From assembly GCA_046050145.1 (NCBI GenBank), contig JBJOQC010000006.1, forward strand, positions 1-32,825: a stretch of DNA of 32,825 nucleotides, in the 5' to 3' direction. The notes under the pieces are model-generated. The model had not been told where the DNA came from and did no database searches. It worked only from the letters and a program-made list of their open reading frames with translations. Position 1 is the first letter of the stretch; every line of letters starts with the position of its first letter. The position numbers and the translations under genes were made by a program. Shown here in pieces: positions 1 through 5,782 of this stretch. Origin of the DNA: Candidatus Parcubacteria bacterium (GTDB lineage Bacteria > Patescibacteriota > Minisyncoccia > Phycocordibacterales > CAYZPE01).

Positions 1-433
1 AATCACACGAAGACCCCATAGTTTTAATTTGCGAAACTATAGTATCGTGACTTGCTTGTGCAAAGCTCTCTACTCGTTTCAAAAACTCCTCTCTTCCAAG
101 ATCGTGACGACTTTTCTTTTCTTGTTTGTATATTTCTTTTTCAACTTTAGATTGTGTTGCGATGGCAGCATGGTCGGTTCCTGGAAGCCAGAGCGTTTTA
201 AATCCTTGCATACGTTTGTAGCGAACCATAATGTCTTCTAAGGTAAGCATAAGTGCGTGACCCATATGAAGTATGCCTGTTACGTTTGGCGGTGGCATGA
301 CGATTGTGAAAGGAGTTTTGTGGCGGGCAGGTAAGTTGTCAGGATTAAAAAAACCACTGTCTTCCCAGAGTTTGTATATACGCTTTTCTGTTTCTTGTGG
401 GTTATATGGGTTTAGGAATTTCTCTGGAATCAT
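1..433 (-). CDS. valS: valyl-tRNA synthetase, N-terminal part (gene runs off the window start)
   Basis: Minus-strand translation from ATG at 433-431 reads MIPEKFLNPYNPQETEKRIYKLWEDSGFFNPDNLPARHKTPFTIVMPPPNVTGILHMGHALMLTLEDIMVRYKRMQGFKTLWLPGTDHAAIATQ. The PPPNVTG-x-LHMGH block (class I HIGH motif) and the WLPGTDHA-IATQ block are ValRS signatures. It is missing from the ORF track because it is open at the window edge. Confidence 0.85.
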   Translation of the reverse strand, partial: MIPEKFLNPYNPQETEKRIYKLWEDSGFFNPDNLPARHKTPFTIVMPPPNVTGILHMGHALMLTLEDIMVRYKRMQGFKTLWLPGTDHAAIATQSKVEKEIYKQEKKSRHDLGREEFLKRVESFAQASHDTIVSQIKTMGSSCD

Positions 434-440
434 GAAATGT

Positions 441-449
441 ATCATACCA
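441..449 (-). promoter_or_regulatory. candidate extended -10 promoter of valS (leaderless geometry)
   Basis: The minus strand reads TGGTATGAT (TGnTATGAT). Only 7 nt (ACATTTC) separate the hexamer from the valS ATG at 433-431. There is no convincing -35 and no SD. Confidence 0.35.
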
Positions 450-565
450 TAAATATGAGTTTTTTCTCTGAGGTGTATTGACTTATTAAATAAAATGTTG
501 TTTATATTTTTATACACACAGGCTTCTTTTCTTAAGCTAGATAATCTGTCCCTCAGAATTTATTT

Positions 566-628
566 TTGTCCTTTATAAAAACCCTTATGAGCTGTCTTTT
601 ATAAAGGACAAATTGTCCTTTATAAAAG
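566..628. repeat. direct plus inverted 15-mer cluster containing a 33-bp perfect palindrome (candidate operator)
   Basis: TTGTCCTTTATAAAA occurs at 566-580 and 613-627, and its reverse complement TTTTATAAAGGACAA at 597-611. Positions 596-628 pair perfectly (16-bp arms, single central nt at 612). It lies in the divergent intergenic region between valS and the 795 ORF. Confidence 0.6.
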
Positions 629-697
629 ACATGTAAAATAGATGAAGAAAAGTCTAATTATACGGCTTTACATAATGTTTTTTTGATTACAATAGCA

Positions 698-726
698 TTG
701 ACCTGTGTAGGGTGACATGCTAATTT
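698..726 (+). promoter_or_regulatory. candidate sigma70-type promoter for the 795 ORF
   Basis: TTGACC (698-703), then a 17-nt spacer, then TAATTT (721-726) with TG at 718-719 (extended -10). It sits 68 nt upstream of the ATG at 795. Confidence 0.45.
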
Positions 727-794
727 CTTACCAGATGTTTTGATCTTTCTCCAGTTCTTTATTGAGGTTTCGTTTGTTTGACGAGTATTAGTTT

Positions 795-2168
795 ATGAAT
801 AAAAGCATACAATTTCTCACGTCACATATTTTCAAAAAAACAGGGCATATTATTGCTTTGGGTTTTTTGCTTTTTGTGTCATGGGCTACGGTTGAAGCGT
901 CAACTGTTCAAGTTGTTGTTTTTAATGAACGTATAAGTCGTGTTGAAGAGGGTGCAGTCGTGTCTTGGAATACAAATGTTCCAGCAACTTCTCGTGTGGT
1001 ATATGGCGGTGAGTCAGTGCCTACAGCAGGAAGTTCATTGCAGTTTGAAGGGTACCAGGGAGGTACTCCACGAACTCATGGTCCACTTGTAACAACACAT
1101 GCTGTGACAGTATTCAATACGTCGGGCGATATACGTTTTTTTAGACCAATTTCAAAGGCGGGTGCGCAGATTGGATTTGGTCAAGAACTTACTCTTGGTG
1201 GATCTGTTGCTTCAAATATTCCACAAGCTCAAAATCAAGTGAGTGTTGTGGGACAGGTTGCGGTACAAGCAGGATGTCCATACATCACATCATATTTAAA
1301 ATATGGTGCAGAGAATGACCAAGAAAATGTTCGACGATTGCAAGAATTTCTCAAAACGCGAGAAGGAGAAAATGTAGTAGTTACAGGTGTGTTTGATGCA
1401 GATACGTTTAGCGCGGTTAAACGTTTCCAATTGAAACATGCTGATGAGGTGTTGAAACCTTGGGGGTATAGTGATGCCACAGGGTATGTATACATGCTTA
1501 CTACAAAAAAGATAAATGAATTGCATTGCAATACAAATATCCCTCTTTCAGACGCTCAATTTGAAGAAATACGAGCATTTATATCTCGAGGTAGCGATAT
1601 AGGAGTAGTCACAGAGGTTGTTACACCAACACAGACAGTTATTGTTCCTGTGGAAGAAATCCTTCCATTAGCAACAACAACAGTTGATGTGCCGGTAACA
1701 AAACCAGTTATTGCCCCTATTTCTACTACAACTTCTTTTAATATAAACGAGACTGTGTCTGATAGACCAACAGTAACTCCTGTAGCAAATGTTCTCGATG
1801 CTACAGTGCGCGAGTCTGCAGGGGATGCAGTGTCGCTTCTCTTTACTCTTCCTCAAAACAGTAAAGATCTTGTAGTTTCTTTCTTAAGCTTTCTCTCAAT
1901 GATCGGGCTTATATATGTTGGCGGAAATGTGGTTGCTCATATTGGAAGTGAAAGTCTCTCTCGTACACTTTTACGTATTAAAAAGCTTAAGCTTTATGCT
2001 TTGGGTGTTTGTATAGCTATTCCACTTTCTCTTATTCTTGGCTTTAGTTATTTTGTTGTCCCATTCGCTATTATTCTTGTAGCTTTGATGATCAGTCTCT
2101 TTTTCTACAGAAATAAACTACGAAAGGAACTCGACTCTGTAATAGCGCTTACTCAAAAGCCTCTCTAG
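795..2168 (+). CDS. membrane-anchored secreted protein with a peptidoglycan-binding (PG_binding_1-like) domain
   Basis: 457-aa ORF with an N-terminal hydrophobic signal/anchor (IIALGFLLFVSWATVEA). The segment VRRLQEFLKTREGENVVVTGVFDADTFSAVKRFQLKH matches the PG_binding_1 pattern. A T/V/P-rich linker and C-terminal TM helices follow. Confidence 0.6.
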   Translation: MNKSIQFLTSHIFKKTGHIIALGFLLFVSWATVEASTVQVVVFNERISRVEEGAVVSWNTNVPATSRVVYGGESVPTAGSSLQFEGYQGGTPRTHGPLVTTHAVTVFNTSGDIRFFRPISKAGAQIGFGQELTLGGSVASNIPQAQNQVSVVGQVAVQAGCPYITSYLKYGAENDQENVRRLQEFLKTREGENVVVTGVFDADTFSAVKRFQLKHADEVLKPWGYSDATGYVYMLTTKKINELHCNTNIPLSDAQFEEIRAFISRGSDIGVVTEVVTPTQTVIVPVEEILPLATTTVDVPVTKPVIAPISTTTSFNINETVSDRPTVTPVANVLDATVRESAGDAVSLLFTLPQNSKDLVVSFLSFLSMIGLIYVGGNVVAHIGSESLSRTLLRIKKLKLYALGVCIAIPLSLILGFSYFVVPFAIILVALMISLFFYRNKLRKELDSVIALTQKPL

Positions 2169-2170
2169 GT

Positions 2171-3346
2171 TTAGAGGGATAGATTCCCTGAAGCTTTAAA
2201 TTCTTGAGAAAACTCTGTTTTTAGGGATTTTTTAATAAATCCTGCAACGGCAATCATGAGTGCATTGTCGGTTGAAAGTGAAAAGTCTGGGATAAGGGTA
2301 TTGATTGAAAGTTCTTTTCCAAGATCTTCAAAAGCAGAGCGAAGCATTTTGTTTGCACTTACTCCTCCTGCGACAATAAAAGTTTGAGCTCCTGTTTCAA
2401 TAAGAGCCTCTTTTGTTTTTGATATTAAAACATCACGTACTGCATCTTCAAATTCTCGAGCAATTTCTTCTTTTATGGCTTCAGTTAGTGTTGGGATTTT
2501 TTCTACCATGTAGAGTACTGCAGTTTTGAGTCCTGAAAATGAAAAAGAGAGATCTTTTGAATGGATCATTGGTCGTGGAAGCACGTATGTTTTCGAAGCT
2601 ATTGGTTTTTCTTTTCTAGCTTTTTCGGCCAAGCGAGATATTTCTGGTCCTCCAGGATATGGAAGTCCAAGGATGCGCGCAACCTTGTCAAAGGCTTCAC
2701 CGACCGCATCGTCACGTGTTTCGCCGATTTTGCTATACTCGCCCCATTGTTTTATAGAAATAAGCTCTGTATGTCCTCCAGATATAAGGAGGGCGAGTGC
2801 TGGGAATTCTACTTTTTTTGTAATTTCACTTTGGTTCTGTTGTGGCAACAGAACTGAAGCAATGTGTCCTTCCATGTGATTTACAGGCATTACAGGTATA
2901 TCCCAGAGTACTCCAAGGGCCTGTGCGAAGCTTATACCCACCCAGAGTGCTGGTTCGAGTCCTGGCCCTTGAGTTACTGCAATAATGTCGATTGGAGGTT
3001 TATTAAGCTTCATGATCTCTCTCAGAAAATCCTTAAGCATTTCAGGTTCTCGTTCGAGAATAGCTTCTAATTTTTGGCTTTTAGCTTTTAGATCTTCTTT
3101 TGAAATCTGTTCTGTGTTACTGAAACCTGTTTCAGTTAATAATTTTTTAAATAAAGGAATCAGATTTTTGGCGTGTTCTCTCTTTGCGAGCATTGGAAAA
3201 ACACCACCGTATTGTTCATGGAGCTTTGCTTGAGAAAGGAGTATATTTCCAAGCACTTCAAAAGAAGGGGACTCGAGACCTCCTTCTGCCTTTAATATAC
3301 TCAAGGCTGTTTCGTCACAGCTCGTCTCAATACTGAGGATTATCAT
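2171..3346 (-). CDS. tsaD: tRNA N6-adenosine threonylcarbamoyltransferase TsaD (Kae1/YgjD family)
   Basis: MIILSIETSCDETALSIL start, HMEGHI metal motif, LLISGGHTEL, and GVSANKMLR near the C-terminus. I place the start at the ATG at 3346-3344. The 26 extra residues of the track ORF (to 3424) overlap an upstream terminator and the neighbouring gene. Confidence 0.9.
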   Translation of the reverse strand: MIILSIETSCDETALSILKAEGGLESPSFEVLGNILLSQAKLHEQYGGVFPMLAKREHAKNLIPLFKKLLTETGFSNTEQISKEDLKAKSQKLEAILEREPEMLKDFLREIMKLNKPPIDIIAVTQGPGLEPALWVGISFAQALGVLWDIPVMPVNHMEGHIASVLLPQQNQSEITKKVEFPALALLISGGHTELISIKQWGEYSKIGETRDDAVGEAFDKVARILGLPYPGGPEISRLAEKARKEKPIASKTYVLPRPMIHSKDLSFSFSGLKTAVLYMVEKIPTLTEAIKEEIAREFEDAVRDVLISKTKEALIETGAQTFIVAGGVSANKMLRSAFEDLGKELSINTLIPDFSLSTDNALMIAVAGFIKKSLKTEFSQEFKASGNLSL

Positions 3347-3373
3347 GTAGCGATAGTAGCAGATTTTAAGTAA

Positions 3374-3405
3374 TAAAAAAGCCCTGGCGCATATGCCAGG
3401 GCTTT
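3374..3405 (-). terminator. rho-independent terminator after the 3421-3864 gene
   Basis: GCCCTGGC (3381-3388) pairs with GCCAGGGC (3395-3402) around a 6-nt loop. The A-run at 3374-3380 gives a U-tract on the minus strand. Confidence 0.65.
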
Positions 3406-3420
3406 CGAGTGTTCGGATCT

Positions 3421-3864
3421 TCACCGAGGTTTACCTTTAGGTACGAGACTGATTCGCCTGGGCGGATCATCAAAATAGAGACGCACACCTTCTTTGGTTT
3501 TGTTTTTCTTAGCATTCGGGTCTATGAACTTGCTCAGGGGCCATTCACAAAATGTAATGGTCCCATTTGGAAGTTTGAATTTAGCAAAAAGAATAGTGAT
3601 TTTTTCTTTGCCAACTTCAACTTCTTTGATTTCAGCGGACTCTGCTGTACCAAGAGCTGTACTGTAAATCAGGATTATGTCAGTGCAGTTACGGTAGTGA
3701 ATAATGTCCCAATTGTCACGAGTTTCGGTAGTTGTGTATTTAACACTCAGTGCATAATCCTCAAACACGAATTCCACAGCTTTTTTCTCCTCGGCTCGGG
3801 CATGTGATGAGCCGGAGAGAAAAAAGAGAAGACAAAACACAATTCCAACAAAGAACATTTTCAT
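3421..3864 (-). CDS. small secreted hypothetical protein
   Basis: 147-aa ORF with a clear signal peptide (MKMFFVGIVFCLLFFLSGSSHARA). I recognise no family. Confidence 0.5.
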   Translation of the reverse strand: MKMFFVGIVFCLLFFLSGSSHARAEEKKAVEFVFEDYALSVKYTTTETRDNWDIIHYRNCTDIILIYSTALGTAESAEIKEVEVGKEKITILFAKFKLPNGTITFCEWPLSKFIDPNAKKNKTKEGVRLYFDDPPRRISLVPKGKPR

Positions 3865-3954
3865 AGCAATACCTTTCGGAAAAAGGGTGGGGGAGGAGAA
3901 ACTTCTATATTTATAATAGGAAATTAATACTTTTTGTGAATAAGGTGGTGGGGA

Positions 3955-4317
3955 TTATTTGTTAGTTTCGTTTACGCGAAATGTAACGATTGTACCTATT
4001 AAATCGTACGGTATAGGTTTGCTGAAAGGGAATTGAACAGAGCCTTTCGCTGTCTCGTACACTGCAAGCTCCTTCTTAAAATGTGTAATGCCTGATGGAG
4101 CTGGATAAAACCCTATATGTTTTTCAAACGCTCCGAAATGAACAAGGTTTTTCTTATTTAAAACAAAGGTTGGAATACCATACTTGATTGTCTCTTCAGC
4201 TAAAGGAGCTGATTTTTGTATTGTATTCCTAACTTTATTTAAAATGCTCTGCACCTCTTTAGAAAAAAGAGCTATGTATTCATCAATTGTGGTTATGGCT
4301 GAGGTGTCTTTTTTCAT
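3955..4317 (-). CDS. DUF1801 (YdhG-like) domain protein
   Basis: TIDEYIALFSKEVQSILNKVRNTIQKSAP...IKYGIPTFVLNKKNLVHFGAFEKHIGFYP fits the DUF1801 pattern. The start is set at the ATG at 4317-4315, because the longer track ORF (to 4389) runs into tRNA-Val. Confidence 0.7.
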   Translation of the reverse strand: MKKDTSAITTIDEYIALFSKEVQSILNKVRNTIQKSAPLAEETIKYGIPTFVLNKKNLVHFGAFEKHIGFYPAPSGITHFKKELAVYETAKGSVQFPFSKPIPYDLIGTIVTFRVNETNK

Positions 4318-4347
4318 TGGTTTAATTGTATCTAAATTAGAATGTTG

Positions 4348-4420
4348 TGCGCGATAGAGGATTCGAACCTCTGACATCGTCAACGTCAATGACGCGCTCT
4401 ACCAACTGAGCTAACCGCGC
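4348..4420 (-). tRNA. tRNA-Val (anticodon GAC)
   Basis: The minus strand reads GCGCGGT-TA-GCTC-AGTTGGTA-GAGC-G-CGTCA-TTGACGT-TGACG-ATGTC-AGAGG-TTCGAAT-CCTCT-ATCGCGC-A. This is a full cloverleaf with a 7-bp acceptor stem and GAC in the anticodon loop. CCA is not encoded. Confidence 0.9.
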
Positions 4421-4453
4421 TTATAATAAAGCCTAGCAAATCCTAGCAATTTT

Positions 4454-4481
4454 TTGCCTTTTTTACAAAAAATGCTATAGT
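4454..4481 (+). promoter_or_regulatory. candidate promoter for tRNA-Glu
   Basis: TTGCCT (4454-4459), then 16 nt, then TATAGT (4476-4481) preceded by TGc (4473-4475, extended -10). It lies 53 nt upstream of the tRNA 5' end. Confidence 0.35.
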
Positions 4482-4533
4482 TTGCCTTGTTAAATCCTCT
4501 TATTTTTAAGTTTGGATTTTAACAATATCTTCT

Positions 4534-4605
4534 GGCCCCATCGTCTAACGGTTAGGACACGGCCTTTTCAAGGCTGGAATCGGAGTTCGATTCTCCGTGG
4601 GGTCA
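4534..4605 (+). tRNA. tRNA-Glu (anticodon UUC)
   Basis: GGCCCCA-TC-GTCT-AACGGTTA-GGAC-A-CGGCC-TTTTCAA-GGCTG-GAAT-CGGAG-TTCGATT-CTCCG-TGGGGTC-A. This is a full cloverleaf with TTC at positions 34-36. CCA is not encoded. Confidence 0.9.
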
Positions 4606-4617
4606 CAGCTGCTTAAA

Positions 4618-4644
4618 GCCAGATACAAAAGTATCTGGCTTTTT
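4618..4644 (+). terminator. rho-independent terminator of tRNA-Glu
   Basis: GCCAGATAC (4618-4626), loop AAAA, GTATCTGGC (4631-4639), then TTTTT. Confidence 0.75.
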
Positions 4645-4645
4645 G

Positions 4646-4947
4646 CATGCTGCCGGGTCCCTATGGAGAATCGAAAGACGGAGGCGCGAAGCCAACCGAC
4701 CGGCAGGAGGTTGTAGCCGAGTCGGGGTCGCGAGAAAATTCTGAAAGAATTTTATTTGTGACCGATTCGCTTCATTTTCTGCGGGGTCGCGAACACTTAG
4801 TAGAATTGAGTATTTTATACGAAAATTATACTTAGTGATTCGTGACACAAAAAGCAAAATAAAATCGCCCCAGCTTGTCTGGGGTGGTTTTATTTTAAGC
4901 CTAGTTTCCGTCAGGAAATTTATTTGTGACACAAAAAATCTAATATT
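4646..4947. other. repeat-rich, partly GC-rich non-coding stretch (candidate small RNA(s) and/or att-site scars)
   Basis: There is no credible ORF. CTGCCGG (4650-4656) pairs with CCGGCAG (4700-4706) around a GGC-GCGAA-GCC hairpin. Several direct repeats and tRNA-Glu 3'-end-like fragments are present, plus an internal terminator at 4865-4896 (see findings). Confidence 0.4.
4865..4896 (+). terminator. rho-independent terminator inside the non-coding stretch
   Basis: TCGCCCCAG (4865-4873), loop CTTGT, CTGGGGTGG (4879-4887; two G-U pairs), followed by TTTTATTTT. This implies a plus-strand transcript ends here although no CDS precedes it. Confidence 0.55.
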
Positions 4948-4985
4948 AAATAAAAACCATCTTGCACTTAAAGTGCAAGATGGTT
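4948..4985 (-). terminator. rho-independent terminator of the HExxH ORF
   Basis: AACCATCTTGCAC (4955-4967), loop TTAAA, GTGCAAGATGGTT (4973-4985): a 13-bp perfect stem. The minus strand continues TTTTTATTT. It lies 12 nt after the stop of ORF 4997-5578. Confidence 0.75.
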
Positions 4986-4996
4986 GAAATGTTCTG

Positions 4997-5578
4997 TTAT
5001 TTCTGTCTTTCGCGATTCAGGAATTCCCCAGGGGTCATGAGGAGTATTTTCCGTACAGCCTCATCGCTCGCGAGTCGACCTTGACGGAATTCGTAGGCTC
5101 CGTAGTGACTAATAAACAAGGCATCAAACTCCTGTGCTCCTCCAGGAACGTTTCGATAGTGCTCTTCTTGGACCTTCCCCCAAAAATTGCATCGAAAAAT
5201 CTGTTTTGTGTGAATGGGGCTGATTATCTCGATCTTGTTGTGGTACTGCACACGGTGGCGCACCTCATGAAGTGCTAAGGTGAGAAGAGTTTCCTTTTTT
5301 GTAAAAGGAACCATCTTTTTTTCGAGTGCGGGATCTGCTTGTTCCAGCATTACATGAATGTGGTAAGGCAGACTTGCTTCGATATATGTGTCGATGTTTC
5401 CGACACATATTCGGTACTCATCTCGAGAGATATCTCCCGGACAGTGAGCGAGTGCTATTTGAGGTTCTCCATAAAAAGGAGGCCGGTCTCGTAGTACAAC
5501 AGGAAGATTCCTTTCAGGGAAACAAAGCGTGTCCAGGTTTTCAATTCTTAATTTTAGTTCTAGGGCGATTTCTCTCAC
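4997..5578 (-). CDS. hypothetical protein with an HExxH zinc-metallopeptidase-like motif
   Basis: 193-aa ORF containing LALHEVRHRVQ (HExxH). It has its own strong terminator. A spot count of one 60-nt line gives about 48% GC, above neighbouring genes. I recognise no family. Confidence 0.5.
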   Translation of the reverse strand: MREIALELKLRIENLDTLCFPERNLPVVLRDRPPFYGEPQIALAHCPGDISRDEYRICVGNIDTYIEASLPYHIHVMLEQADPALEKKMVPFTKKETLLTLALHEVRHRVQYHNKIEIISPIHTKQIFRCNFWGKVQEEHYRNVPGGAQEFDALFISHYGAYEFRQGRLASDEAVRKILLMTPGEFLNRERQK

Positions 5579-5671
5579 AAAAAGCTCCTGTGGAGGGTGG
5601 GTGTAAAGGACTGAAGAACTTTTATTATAATAACATGTTTATTTAAATTTGTAAACTAAAATAAAAAACTA

Positions 5672-5707
5672 AAACCCCCTCGCCCGTATCCCAGGGCGAG
5701 GGGGTTT
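5672..5707. terminator. strong orphan hairpin (bidirectional terminator-like)
   Basis: AAACCCCCTCGCCC (5672-5685), 8-nt loop, GGGCGAGGGGGTTT (5694-5707): a 14-bp perfect stem. It is flanked by an A-run upstream and TTTGTT downstream. It sits between the divergent starts at 5578 and 5783, so it terminates no annotated gene. Confidence 0.5.
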
Positions 5708-5782
5708 TTGTTAAAAAATTAAAAAAATCTCATCTGGAAATAGGTCTTTAAATATGGTTTAATTGACTGTAATTCATAATTT

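Noticed and set aside
2158-2176. Convergent stop codons of the 795 ORF and tsaD, only 2 nt apart, inside a short CCTCT/AGAGG inverted repeat
   Set aside because: The stem is only 5 bp and no U-tract follows. This is most likely just compact genome packing rather than a dedicated regulatory element.
3347-3424. N-terminal extensions of tsaD (to 3424), ftsA (20041-20133) and DUF1801 (4318-4389)
   Set aside because: The extensions run into a terminator hairpin, a neighbouring gene or tRNA-Val. The conserved N-termini (MIILSIETSCDE, MARNITVGIDIGT) begin at internal ATGs.
4603-4932. Track ORFs 4603-4932 (minus, 109 aa) and 4647-4835 (plus, 62 aa) in the region after tRNA-Glu
   Set aside because: The minus-strand ORF overlaps the tRNA-Glu terminator (4618-4644) and just reaches the last 3 nt of the tRNA, and both ORFs cross several direct repeats. 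The proteins are low-complexity, no promoter or terminator logic fits, and I recognise no family. I treat the region as non-coding.
4720-4940. Possible CRISPR array or leader near the Cas4-like gene or the repeats after tRNA-Glu
   Set aside because: The repeats are 11-12 nt, irregularly spaced (59, 84 and 168 nt apart) and of three different sequences. There is no 25-40 nt repeat with uniform spacers anywhere in the window, and no other cas genes.
5326-5646. 106-aa plus-strand ORF antisense to the HExxH gene
   Set aside because: It lies entirely within or opposite the longer 193-aa minus-strand ORF. That ORF has an HExxH motif and a minus-strand-specific terminator at 4948-4985. The plus-strand ORF is most likely a shadow ORF of a GC-richer segment.
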